Of a DNA stretch of 64,000 bases, positions 19,006-28,661 are shown one piece after another. Numbering within the stretch: the stretch's first letter is position 1; every line of letters starts with the position of its first letter. This DNA comes from Candidatus Thioglobus plumae (GTDB lineage: Bacteria; Pseudomonadota; Gammaproteobacteria; PS1; Pseudothioglobaceae). Position numbers and translations under genes: made by a program. The stretch lies in NCBI GenBank assembly GCA_910595815.1, contig CAJVCM010000015.1, forward strand, positions 38,551 to 102,550, given 5' to 3'. Under the pieces are notes generated by a model. That model was not told the DNA's origin. It saw only the letters and a program-made list of their open reading frames with translations, and searched no databases.

Positions 19006-19950
<945 letters not shown>

Positions 19951-20024
19951 TTAAATACCAATCCTTTATACTTATACACAAAATCTCTATTATCCGAAAC
20001 ATTATAAAGCAAGCTGAAATCGCC

Positions 20025-22304
20025 TTGAAAAAAAATAACCCCTCAAACAGTATAAAATCCACAAAAAAACCTTGGCCTCGAACTGTAAACGAAATTTTGT
20101 TTATTGCGCTCTGCACTTTAGGCTTGGTGTATCTTGCTGCTCTTATCACTTATTCGCCAACAGAAAATCCGTGGTCAGGTGATGTCGAACTAACCAAACC
20201 TGTAATCAATTTAGCTGGCGTATTTGGCGCTTATTTGAGTGATATCTCTTTATCAATTTTGGGTTATGGTGCTTACTTAGTTCCGATCTCGTTGATCTGG
20301 CTAGGCTATAGCATTCACAAAAATACAGGGCAAACACCAACAAACCGATCTGTCTTAGTGATTCGTCTAATTGCTGTGATGGTGATGGTTGCCTTCAGTG
20401 CTGCGATACTAGCACAAAACACCTCGGACCCTGCCGGTGGTTGGATTGGTAATATAATGCACGGTTATTTTGGCACGTTATTTGGCTCTGCCTCATTCGT
20501 TGTTTATCTAAGTATTATGATGATTAGCTTTAGCATTGCCAGCACTGCGTCTTGGGCTAGTATTTTTAACTCAACTAGCGGCGTTGTCGGTGTCTTTATA
20601 AACAATTTAAAGGCGTCTAGGAAAAAATCAAAAATAAAAAAGGCTGCCAAAGTCGTCATTACACCCAAACAAGCTAATACAAAAAGATCTGGTGTCATGG
20701 CCAAGGTCAAGTCCGCTAAGATCAAAGCCAACAAAAAAGTCGCACCCGCTTCATCTAACTTGTTTAACACCAATGCTTTGAGCGGCTTACCTGACTTATC
20801 CTTGCTTGATGAAATCAATATCAATACTTTAGGTTATTCCGAGCAAGCACTTGAGCATATGTCGCGCCAAGTTGAGATTAAGCTTAAAGACTTTGGTTTT
20901 GACGTCAGTATTACTACCGTTACTCCAGGGCCAGTGGTCACCCAGTTTGAGCTTTCACTAGCGCCAGGCGTTAAAGTTTCACAAATCATGAATCTAAACA
21001 AAGACCTTGCTAGAGCTTTATTGGTTGAAAGTGTGCGTATTGTTGATGTGATTCCAGGTAAACCGGTGATTGGATTAGAAATTCCTAATGCCGAGCGTGA
21101 AATGATTAGCCTAAAAGAAATTCTTGCCTCTGAAGCTTTTGCCAAATCAGCCTCTGTGCTTAGTATGGGACTGGGAAAAGATATTAACGGTTTGCCTGTC
21201 ATTGCCAATCTGGCAAAAATGCCGCACCTACTCGTTGCTGGTGCTACCGGCATGGGTAAATCGGTTGGTATTAATGCCATTATTTTAAGTGTGTTATACA
21301 AAGCCAAGCCTGAAGAAGTACGTATGATCATGATCGACCCTAAAATTGTTGAACTTGCTTGCTATGCTGACATCCCGCATCTGCTCACCCCAGTGGTAAC
21401 CGACATGAATCAAGCAGCTTCTGCTCTATGGTGGTGTGTGAATGAGATGGAGCGCCGCTATTCATTATTGGCTAAATTTGGCGTACGCAATATTGAAGGC
21501 TTTAATGAAAAACTCAAAAAAGCCCAAGACAAAGGTGAGCCGTTATTAGACCCCTCTTTTAACGACAACACGGCTGAAGAAGGTGAAACTGCGGCTGAGC
21601 TTGAAAAACTACCGTTAATTATGCTAGTGATTGACGAATATGCCGATATGCTTGGCGCACTTGCCCAAGAAGACCGCGCCAAAGCCAAGCGTGTGGAGGC
21701 GTTGATTGTGCGTCTGGCTCAAAAAGCACGTGCTGCCGGTATTCACTTAATTATTGCCACACAGCGTCCAAGCGTGGACGTGATTACTGGTCTTATTAAA
21801 TCTAACGTGCCAACGCGTATTGCCTTTAAGGTTTCAAGTAAAGTAGACTCTCGCACCATTCTCGACCAGGGTGGTGCAGAGCAATTACTAGGTATGGGTG
21901 ACATGCTTTATATGACCCCAGGCATTTCACACCTAACCCGTGTCCACGGCGCCTTTGTTGATGATGATGAAATTACTCGTGTGGTTGATTTCTTGCGCAA
22001 AAACTCACAGCCAAACTACATTGATGGCATTCTTAATGCCCATAGTGAATCAGCTAATTCGCACGAAGGTAGTAACAGTAGCGGTGTAACTGGGGAGCTT
22101 GATGCTCTTTATGATGAGGCAGTACAAATTGTGACCTCATCACGCCGTGCTTCAATCTCTAGCTTGCAACGACGTATGCGTATTGGTTACAACCGCGCTG
22201 CGCGTATTATCGAAGATATGGAAGCCAGTGGCGTAGTTTCAACCATGAATAGTGCTGGCAATCGCCAAGTACTCGCACCAGAGCCAATCAATCATGAAGA
22301 ATAA
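20025..22304 (+). CDS. ftsK: DNA translocase FtsK
   Basis: N-terminal TM segments, Walker A GATGMGKS, and the C-terminal gamma domain (SSLQRRMRIGYNRAARIIE). The start is uncertain. The ORF-track start at 19866 overlaps trxB, and the in-frame TTG at 20025 is the first start candidate I found downstream of the trxB start. Confidence 0.88.
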   Translation: MKKNNPSNSIKSTKKPWPRTVNEILFIALCTLGLVYLAALITYSPTENPWSGDVELTKPVINLAGVFGAYLSDISLSILGYGAYLVPISLIWLGYSIHKNTGQTPTNRSVLVIRLIAVMVMVAFSAAILAQNTSDPAGGWIGNIMHGYFGTLFGSASFVVYLSIMMISFSIASTASWASIFNSTSGVVGVFINNLKASRKKSKIKKAAKVVITPKQANTKRSGVMAKVKSAKIKANKKVAPASSNLFNTNALSGLPDLSLLDEININTLGYSEQALEHMSRQVEIKLKDFGFDVSITTVTPGPVVTQFELSLAPGVKVSQIMNLNKDLARALLVESVRIVDVIPGKPVIGLEIPNAEREMISLKEILASEAFAKSASVLSMGLGKDINGLPVIANLAKMPHLLVAGATGMGKSVGINAIILSVLYKAKPEEVRMIMIDPKIVELACYADIPHLLTPVVTDMNQAASALWWCVNEMERRYSLLAKFGVRNIEGFNEKLKKAQDKGEPLLDPSFNDNTAEEGETAAELEKLPLIMLVIDEYADMLGALAQEDRAKAKRVEALIVRLAQKARAAGIHLIIATQRPSVDVITGLIKSNVPTRIAFKVSSKVDSRTILDQGGAEQLLGMGDMLYMTPGISHLTRVHGAFVDDDEITRVVDFLRKNSQPNYIDGILNAHSESANSHEGSNSSGVTGELDALYDEAVQIVTSSRRASISSLQRRMRIGYNRAARIIEDMEASGVVSTMNSAGNRQVLAPEPINHEE

Positions 22305-22890
22305 ATGGGTCGCCTTGTTGGTTTTGTTGTGGATCAATACTGCAATAAGCGCAAACAACAATCAATTTGATGATTTTTTTAATGCACTAGAGTCACTAAG
22401 TGCTGACTTCAATCAAACAACTTATAGTGATACTGGAATTCTGTTAAACAACGCTTCTGGTCGTTTTGCATTTAAACGACCTCAACAATTACGCTGGCAT
22501 ACAACAAAACCGAACGAACAAATATTACTACTTAATAACAATGAATTTTGGTTAATCGACGTAGAGCTCGAACAAGCCAGCTTACAAGTAAACCAAGACC
22601 TGTCTCAAACACCTTTATATTGGCTAATCAACAAGCCTGAATCAATGGCTCACACGCCAAAACCCTCTCATCGTAAAGATGGTATAGACTGGTACCAAAC
22701 TAACAAACCTTCAACACAACATCAACAGTTGTTATTTGGCTTTAAAAACAAAAAATTACATGCAATCTCGCTCAAAAATGCATTGGAACAGATTATTTTA
22801 ATTGTGTTTGACAAAGTCGTGATTAATGCTGAGATACAAGCGCAAACCTTCATGTTAAAGTTGGGGCCAGACTTTGACATTATTCGCTAA
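22294..22890 (+). CDS. lolA: outer-membrane lipoprotein carrier protein LolA
   Basis: Signal peptide MKNKWVALLVLLWINTAISA, the F.Q... LolA pattern, and a position after ftsK. The start was moved to the ATG at 22294. Confidence 0.85.
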   Translation: MKNKWVALLVLLWINTAISANNNQFDDFFNALESLSADFNQTTYSDTGILLNNASGRFAFKRPQQLRWHTTKPNEQILLLNNNEFWLIDVELEQASLQVNQDLSQTPLYWLINKPESMAHTPKPSHRKDGIDWYQTNKPSTQHQQLLFGFKNKKLHAISLKNALEQIILIVFDKVVINAEIQAQTFMLKLGPDFDIIR

Positions 22891-22924
22891 GTAGTATTTA
22901 AAGAACCTGTTAGGAAGTCACACA

Positions 22925-23089
22925 TAAAAAGACCGCCTTATTTGGCGGTCTTTTTATCTTCTCTCCCCACCTTAACACCATCTCCACAAAGTGTTTGGTC
23001 TTGACACCAAACCTACAAGGCGGCCCGGCATCAAGTATCTTTATTATAAAACAAAGATGGGGGGGGTGGAGATTTCTTAACATCTATTT
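22925..23089 (-). ncRNA. candidate stand-alone sRNA (about 165 nt) bounded by its own promoter and the lolA bidirectional terminator
   Basis: Minus-strand promoter TTGCAT-N17-TATTAT (-35 at 23119-23124, -10 at 23096-23101). Internal hairpins include GTTTGGT/ACCAAAC at 22993-23012 and ATCTCCAC/GTGGAGAT at 22980-22987 with 23066-23073. A C8 tract (G8 on the plus strand) lies at 23059-23066. No credible ORF. Confidence 0.3.
22926..22955. terminator. bidirectional rho-independent terminator after lolA
   Basis: AAAAA-GACCGCC-ttattt-GGCGGTC-TTTTT. Confidence 0.75.
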
Positions 23090-23125
23090 TGAACGATAAT
23101 AAATGCTGTTTTTCGATCATGCAAT

Positions 23126-23147
23126 AAAAAACCACCCTCTCGGGTGG
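23126..23147 (-). terminator. rho-independent terminator of the repeat-protein gene
   Basis: The minus strand reads CCACCC-gaga-GGGTGG followed by TTTTTT. Confidence 0.7.
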
Positions 23148-23172
23148 CTCTTTAACGTAATTTATTTAAAAA

Positions 23173-23712
23173 TTACTTAGCGGCACTATCCGAAGATGCT
23201 GTACCTGCAGCGATTGCATCTGCATAACCTTTAGCATAAGCATCAGCCTGACCTTTTGCGTATGCATCAGCCTGACCTTTTGCGAAAGCGTCTGCTAAAC
23301 CTTTAGCGTTTGCATTACCAGTACCAGAAGCGTTACCATCTGCTGCGCCCGCAGCGTTAGCGTCTGTTGTATTTTTGGTGTTAAAGCGTGTGCCAAAGTC
23401 TGTGTTGTTTAACCATTTGTTGCCGCCTTGCATAGGACCCCAATTTTGAGCACCAGAAAAAGGGCCAGCATTAGAACCGCCACCAAAAGGACCCATGTTG
23501 TTGCCGCCAGAGAAAGGACCCATGTTGTTGCCGCCAGAGAAAGGACCCATGTTGTTGCCGCCAGAGAAAGGACCCATGTTGTTGCCGCCTGACATTGGAC
23601 CCCAGTTATTGCCGCCTGAGAAAGGGTTCATATTGTTACCACCCCAGTTTGCTGTTACTGCTGCTGAAGCTACTACTGTTGCAATCGCAATTGCTTTTGT
23701 TACGTTTTTCAT
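23173..23712 (-). CDS. secreted low-complexity repeat protein (Gly/Asn/Met/Pro nonapeptide repeats plus AKGQADAY octapeptide repeats)
   Basis: AAGGA SD and signal peptide MKNVTKAIAIATVVASAAVTA. About 9 copies of GGNNMGPFS-like units, then 4 copies of AKGxADAx. No catalytic motif. Confidence 0.7.
   Translation of the reverse strand: MKNVTKAIAIATVVASAAVTANWGGNNMNPFSGGNNWGPMSGGNNMGPFSGGNNMGPFSGGNNMGPFSGGNNMGPFGGGSNAGPFSGAQNWGPMQGGNKWLNNTDFGTRFNTKNTTDANAAGAADGNASGTGNANAKGLADAFAKGQADAYAKGQADAYAKGYADAIAAGTASSDSAAK
23212..23307 (-). repeat. 24-nt in-frame tandem repeat (4 copies of AKG(Q/L/Y)ADA(Y/F/I))
   Basis: The plus strand contains gcatcagcctgaccttttgcgtat twice, with diverged flanking copies. 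Confidence 0.8.
23410..23649 (-). repeat. 27-nt in-frame tandem repeat array (perfect core at 23489-23589, 3.7 copies)
   Basis: The plus-strand unit GGACCCATGTTGTTGCCGCCAGAGAAA repeats without any mismatch. Flanking copies are degenerate. Confidence 0.9.
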
Positions 23713-23831
23713 TTGATTTCCTTATAGAGTTATTTTTTTTATAATAAGCAAAGATTAACATTTACTTATCGCCATCCTACACGTTTTATATTGACATGCA
23801 AGTCTATTAGTAATGGCTAATTTTGAGACAT

Positions 23832-23864
23832 AAAAAAACCCATGGTGATAATCACAATGGGTTT
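23832..23864 (-). terminator. hairpin plus U-tract downstream of tRNA-Thr
   Basis: The minus strand reads AAACCCATTGTGAT-ATCACCATGGGTTT followed by TTTTTTTA. Confidence 0.65.
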
Positions 23865-23869
23865 AAATA

Positions 23870-23945
23870 TGGTGCCGAAGACCGGACTCGAACTGGTGAC
23901 CTACTGATTACAAATCAGTTGCACTACCAACTGTGCTACTTCGGC
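23870..23945 (-). tRNA. tRNA-Thr (anticodon TGT)
   Basis: The reverse complement is GCCGAAGTAGCACAGTTGGTAGTGCAACTGATTTGTAATCAGTAGGTCACCAGTTCGAGTCCGGTCTTCGGCACCA, with anticodon loop TTTGTAA. Confidence 0.9.
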
Positions 23946-24002
23946 AACTGTTGAGAATTATACCCACAAAGAAAACAAATGCCTTGAAAAATTCAAGAAT
24001 TT

Positions 24003-25211
24003 TTATTTAGCACTATCCATCATATATTGAATAACTAACCTTAATTCAGTATCTGAGCAATCCATGCAGGTACCCTTTGGTGGCATCATACCCTTACCTG
24101 CTTTGGCCACACTCAACACATCATCCATACCGCGTTTAATGCGAGACTGCCATGCTATTTTATCACCGTACTTAGGTGCACCGCCAATACCAACGTTGTG
24201 GCAACCCTGACATTTGGTATAAATTTCTTTGCCGCCTCTTGTGCTTACTTTGGCGCTTGCTGTTGTTTCGATTTTAGGTATTTCTGCCTTTGGTAAGGCT
24301 ACTGGCTTTGGCTTAACAGCAACACCACCACCTAGCTGATGAACATAAACAGCTAGTTTTTTAATTTGAGTCTTGTCAATCACTGTTGATGTGCCAAAGG
24401 ATGGCATAACTGCATCTTGTGTGAGTGGGTCGTGACCTTGGTTTACACCATGTAGGATGGTGCGAATAATGGATGATTTTTGGTCGCTGGTTTTAAAACG
24501 ATAAATACCATCGCTAAGGTTGGCGCTACCCATAAACACATTGCCTTTCATGGTTGGCCCATGGCAACCAATACAGCCCTTGGTCATATATAAAGGTTTA
24601 GAGGCGGGATTTGGCTTGCCAGTAGCACCTTTGCCAGTTTCAATTAAGAAGGTTGCTAATGTATCAGCGTCTGCATCTGAGATACCCATCATGCGTGCCG
24701 GCATATTGCCTTTACGACCATTGGTAATCGAGGTGCTAATTTGCGCTAATGTACCACCATACAGCCAATCATCATCCGCCAATACTGGGAAGCCATCATT
24801 GCCTTGACCACCTGCGCCGTGACACGCCGCACAGTTATCACCAAACAATACTTTGGCGGTTTTAATCGCATAGTTTCTAAGTTCGTCATCACGCACGATG
24901 TCTTCTAAAGAGCTTTCAGTGATGGCTTTTTCCGTGTCAGAAAACTTGATTTCTCGGTATTGCTTAAGCTGTTCAACGCCTTCTTTATATTCAACAATCT
25001 GTGTCCAGCCTGCTGAACCTTTGGTGTGTTCACCAAACCAAGGGATGGTCGGGTAATAAAATGAATAAATAGGAATGGCAATGATGCCTAAATAAAGCGC
25101 CCACATATACCATCTTGGTGGACGATTATCCAGTTCTCTAATGTCGTTATCATCATCCCAAAAATGGCCAGTATTATTTTCGCCTGGATATGGATTCTCA
25201 TGCTCGCTCAT
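24003..25211 (-). CDS. ccoP: cbb3-type cytochrome c oxidase subunit CcoP with an extra C-terminal c-type cytochrome domain (three CXXCH)
   Basis: Heme motifs CAACH, CIGCH and CQGCH. After ...VYVHQLGGG comes a Pro/Lys/Ala linker and then a c5-like domain (GGAPKYGD..W..R, MPPKGTC..CSD). Confidence 0.9.
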   Translation of the reverse strand: MSEHENPYPGENNTGHFWDDDNDIRELDNRPPRWYMWALYLGIIAIPIYSFYYPTIPWFGEHTKGSAGWTQIVEYKEGVEQLKQYREIKFSDTEKAITESSLEDIVRDDELRNYAIKTAKVLFGDNCAACHGAGGQGNDGFPVLADDDWLYGGTLAQISTSITNGRKGNMPARMMGISDADADTLATFLIETGKGATGKPNPASKPLYMTKGCIGCHGPTMKGNVFMGSANLSDGIYRFKTSDQKSSIIRTILHGVNQGHDPLTQDAVMPSFGTSTVIDKTQIKKLAVYVHQLGGGVAVKPKPVALPKAEIPKIETTASAKVSTRGGKEIYTKCQGCHNVGIGGAPKYGDKIAWQSRIKRGMDDVLSVAKAGKGMMPPKGTCMDCSDTELRLVIQYMMDSAK

Positions 25212-25225
25212 TATTAATCTCCTAA

Positions 25226-25366
25226 CTACTCTTCTTTATTTACAAAGTTACGCAAATCTTCAAATTTTTGTTTATTTTTAGGCCTAAAAGCATAAAAATA
25301 AGCGCCTGCTAGCAGTGCAAAAACTACGATTGCTGTTATAGCACCAATTTTATCGACTAGTGTCAT
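25226..25366 (-). CDS. ccoQ: cbb3-type cytochrome oxidase subunit CcoQ/FixQ (46 aa), missed by the ORF track
   Basis: Sequence [46 protein letters not shown] with a single TM. Its ATG overlaps the ccoO stop (TAATG). It sits in the canonical position between ccoO and ccoP. Confidence 0.75.
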   Translation of the reverse strand: MTLVDKIGAITAIVVFALLAGAYFYAFRPKNKQKFEDLRNFVNKEE

Positions 25367-26097
25367 TACTCGCGGTAGACCACACCATCTTCAAATTTAA
25401 TCATATTACCTAATGATTGCAAATACGCCACCATGGCATTCATTTCAGTTTTGCCCTTAACCAAGCCTGCAGCCTCAGCAATGTCACCATCAGTATAAGG
25501 CACACCCACTTTTCTTAAGCCTTCCATATGTGCTTGAATGCTTTCACCGTCAACCATTGTATTGTCTAAAAAACGATACTTTGGCATTACCGATTCTGGC
25601 ACCAATGCCTGTGGATGACGCATGTGCAAGATATGCCACTCATCTGAATACTTACCACCAACACGTGCTAAATCAGGACCTGTACGTTTAGATCCCCACT
25701 GAAATGGGTGATCGTATTTTGATTCGACTGCTAAAGAGAAATGACCATAGCGTTCATTCTCATCTCTAAATGGTCGGATCATCTGTGAATGACACAAATA
25801 ACAACCTTCACGCTGATAAATGTCTCGACCTGCTAACTCTAGCGCTGTGTTAGGGCGTACACCATCACCTGGTTTCCAATCTGCTAGTTTTTGACCTTCT
25901 GCACGTTGCCACAACAAGCTTTTGGTTGAACCGTCGGGCATTACTACTTCATCCTTAACTGTGTCAGGATTGGTAAACAAAGGTACAATTTCTACAATAC
26001 CAGCCAATGACACTGCGAATGCCATAGCCAAATACATTGCAAAAATGTTTTTTTCAAATTTTGCTTGTAAGCTTTCTTTTCCATTTTTATTTGCCAT
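25366..26097 (-). CDS. ccoO: cbb3-type cytochrome c oxidase subunit II (mono-heme)
   Basis: [14 protein letters not shown] heme motif, 243 aa. Confidence 0.95.
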   Translation of the reverse strand: MANKNGKESLQAKFEKNIFAMYLAMAFAVSLAGIVEIVPLFTNPDTVKDEVVMPDGSTKSLLWQRAEGQKLADWKPGDGVRPNTALELAGRDIYQREGCYLCHSQMIRPFRDENERYGHFSLAVESKYDHPFQWGSKRTGPDLARVGGKYSDEWHILHMRHPQALVPESVMPKYRFLDNTMVDGESIQAHMEGLRKVGVPYTDGDIAEAAGLVKGKTEMNAMVAYLQSLGNMIKFEDGVVYRE

Positions 26098-26107
26098 TGC
26101 TCTCCTC

Positions 26108-27541
26108 CTATGCCGTTGCCGCTTGAGCAGAAGCCTGCTCTCGGACCGACTTACGAATGGTAATAATAATATTGATCAACATGGTGATTGCACCCAGCAC
26201 CACTAGTGTACCGCCTGCTGCTCGCATTGCATAATAAGGATGCATGGCTGATACTGACTCGGCAAAAGTGTAAGCCAGCGTACCGTATTCATCATAAGCG
26301 CGCCACATGAGGCCTTGCATAATACCTGACACCCACATTGCTACAATGTAAACCACGGTACCAATGGTATGTACCCAAAAGTGAATACCTAATAACTTTT
26401 GTGACAATCTAACATTGAAGATTTTCTCAACCATATGATATAGCGCACCTGAGGCCACCATAATATTCCAACCCAATGCGCCTGAATGTACATGGCCAAT
26501 GGTCCAGTCTGTGTAGTGCGATAGGGCGTTAACCGTTTTCGCTGCCATTACTGGGCCTTCGAATGTTGCCATTGCATAGAAGGCTAATGACATAATCAAG
26601 AAGCGCAAGATGTAATCTTCACGCAATCGATCCCAAGCGCCTGATAGCGTTAAGATGCCGTTAATCGCACCACCCCATGATGGAATGATCATGGCTAACG
26701 AAATGGTTACCCCTAAAGAACCAGCCCAGTCTGGCAACGCTGTATATTGAAGGTGGTGAGCACCTAACCACACATAACCAAACATCAGTGCCCAAAAATG
26801 AATTACTGATAGGCGGTAAGAATAAATTGGACGTTCTGCTTGTTTTGGCACAAAGTAATACATCATGCCTAAGAAGCCCGCTGTGAGGAAGAAGCCAACT
26901 GCATTATGACCCCACCACCATTGAATCATTGCATCTTGTACACCAGAATAGATTGAATAAGATTTAAACCAGTCTACCGGAATAGAAAGATTGTTAATCA
27001 CGTGAAGGTAAGTCACCATCACCATCATGCCCATAAAGAACCAGTTAGCCACATAGACATGTGGCACCTTATTACGGTCACGAATATGAATAGTCATGAT
27101 AAAGTTATACATATAACTCGCCCAGGAAAGAGTTAAGAGGATATCAATCGGCCACTCAAGCTCTGCATATTCTTTAGATTGGGTTAAGCCTAAAGGCAGT
27201 GTAATTATCGCTAAAAGAATAACTAAGTTCCAAGACCAAAAAGTAAACCAAGCCATTTTATTAGACCACATTTTGGTTTGGTTGGTACGCTGAACAATAT
27301 AAAAGGCAGATGCCATGAGCGCCGAGCCACCAAAGGCAAAAATTACTATATTGGTATGTAGCGGTCTTAAACGGCCGAATTGAAAATAAGGTAAATCAGT
27401 ACCCAAATCATTTAAAAAAGGCCAAGCTAACTCTGAGGCGATATAGACACCAATTGTGGTACCAATGACCAAATAAATTGAGGCCATAACGATGAAATAT
27501 TTCACCACCTTTAAATCGTATCTTTGTACTAAACTCATCAA
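26108..27541 (-). CDS. ccoN: cbb3-type cytochrome c oxidase subunit I
   Basis: 477 aa polytopic protein with heme-copper His ligands ([17 protein letters not shown]). Confidence 0.96.
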   Translation of the reverse strand: MMSLVQRYDLKVVKYFIVMASIYLVIGTTIGVYIASELAWPFLNDLGTDLPYFQFGRLRPLHTNIVIFAFGGSALMASAFYIVQRTNQTKMWSNKMAWFTFWSWNLVILLAIITLPLGLTQSKEYAELEWPIDILLTLSWASYMYNFIMTIHIRDRNKVPHVYVANWFFMGMMVMVTYLHVINNLSIPVDWFKSYSIYSGVQDAMIQWWWGHNAVGFFLTAGFLGMMYYFVPKQAERPIYSYRLSVIHFWALMFGYVWLGAHHLQYTALPDWAGSLGVTISLAMIIPSWGGAINGILTLSGAWDRLREDYILRFLIMSLAFYAMATFEGPVMAAKTVNALSHYTDWTIGHVHSGALGWNIMVASGALYHMVEKIFNVRLSQKLLGIHFWVHTIGTVVYIVAMWVSGIMQGLMWRAYDEYGTLAYTFAESVSAMHPYYAMRAAGGTLVVLGAITMLINIIITIRKSVREQASAQAATA

Positions 27542-27643
27542 TAATCCTATTGTATAAATATTCTATGCCTGTATGGCCCAGAATTTCCAAATATATGCAA
27601 TTCTACATAGAGGGCGCAATACCGTCAAGTGAATAATTAGCAT

Positions 27644-27657
27644 TTAATATAGATCAA
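27644..27657. promoter_or_regulatory. FNR/Anr-like box TTAAT-ATAG-ATCAA (9/10 to TTGAT-N4-ATCAA) upstream of ccoN
   Basis: Centred about 109 nt upstream of the ccoN ATG and overlapping the surf1 stop codon. ccoN operons are commonly FNR/Anr activated. Confidence 0.35.
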
Positions 27658-28349
27658 TTTCTACTATTTTTGATTAGCAACCTAATGGCGATAATACTCA
27701 GCACTAAGGCCATTAAAAACCATTGCAAGGCGTAACCTAAATGCTTATCAACGCTGCCATAAAATGGCTTCCACTGTCTAAAGAATCCATTGCTAGCCTT
27801 GACATCGAGCTGTGCCAGCATTGGTATGATTTGATAATTGGATAATTGCGAAAGCTGATCAAGATCCAAAGATTGAATTAGTATTGGAAATGTTGTTTCA
27901 ATTTCTTGTGGTTGTAGCTCAATGCGCTGTTTGGGCTTAATCAAACCGACTTCAATGGTGCTTGGGCGTCTATCTATTTTAATATCAGCTAACTCACCAC
28001 GTTTTCCATACCAAGGCACAAAGCCACGATTAACTAAAATTGCTGTGTCAGTATTAAGAACAAATGGGGTCAAAACATAGTAGCCCGCATTACCTTTAAC
28101 AATCTGATTATCATAGATAAACTGTTTGTTCGTATCAAAATAACCATTAAGTAATACGCGATAGTGCTCTTTAGTGTGAATATCATCAGCTTCGACCAGC
28201 TGAGCAGGGCTAGATTGTGCTAAAACTATAGCGTTTTCAATGCCGCGTTTTTCATCTGCACGATCAAGTTGCCAAAAACCTAATAACAACAAACCAAAAA
28301 CCGTTAGAGAGATTAAAGCTCCTGGCAAGATGAAACTACGTCTGATCAT
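27654..28349 (-). CDS. SURF1 family cytochrome oxidase assembly protein
   Basis: N-terminal TM followed by GFWQLDRADEKR, a C-terminal TM, and a location in the cox cluster. Confidence 0.85.
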   Translation of the reverse strand: MIRRSFILPGALISLTVFGLLLLGFWQLDRADEKRGIENAIVLAQSSPAQLVEADDIHTKEHYRVLLNGYFDTNKQFIYDNQIVKGNAGYYVLTPFVLNTDTAILVNRGFVPWYGKRGELADIKIDRRPSTIEVGLIKPKQRIELQPQEIETTFPILIQSLDLDQLSQLSNYQIIPMLAQLDVKASNGFFRQWKPFYGSVDKHLGYALQWFLMALVLSIIAIRLLIKNSRN

Positions 28350-28594
28350 TTTTGCGCAGGAGGTTGGGCAACAGGTGCATCAATCATCATTACATTTGGC
28401 TCAATCCAGCCCATGTATCCAGCAAACAATACCAGCATAAATAAAAACACCGACAAAGAAACACGTGTCACTAATGACTTAAACATCTTATCAGAACCGG
28501 CTTTCCCACCTTTAACCATGCCAATTAAGCCAAAACCTAGCGCTACCAATATGGCAATAATAATTAACACTATAACAACTTCTGTCATAAACAA
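28346..28594 (-). CDS. twin-TM small protein (DUF2909/HIG1-like) associated with cytochrome oxidase clusters
   Basis: 82 aa with two TM helices. 4-nt overlap with surf1. Confidence 0.65.
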   Translation of the reverse strand: MFMTEVVIVLIIIAILVALGFGLIGMVKGGKAGSDKMFKSLVTRVSLSVFLFMLVLFAGYMGWIEPNVMMIDAPVAQPPAQK

Positions 28595-28615
28595 CTCCAG
28601 TATTTTTACTTATAA

Positions 28616-28645
28616 TAAAAAGGCCCCAATAAAGGGGCCTTTTTA
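28616..28645. terminator. hairpin with A/T tracts between coxC and the HIG1-like gene
   Basis: AAAAA-AGGCCCC-aataaa-GGGGCCT-TTTTT. Confidence 0.6.
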
Positions 28646-28661
28646 TTGTTCTAACTAACTA

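Noticed and set aside
22914-23087. A 57-aa minus-strand ORF (MLRNLHPPHLCF...) in the lolA / repeat-protein spacer.
   Set aside because: It has no SD, it reads straight through the rho-independent terminator hairpin, and it depends on the C8 tract frame. A non-coding RNA interpretation is preferred.
27616-27629. A second FNR-like site, TTGAC-GGTA-TTGCG (minus strand), upstream of ccoN.
   Set aside because: Only one half-site matches. The second half deviates at most positions.
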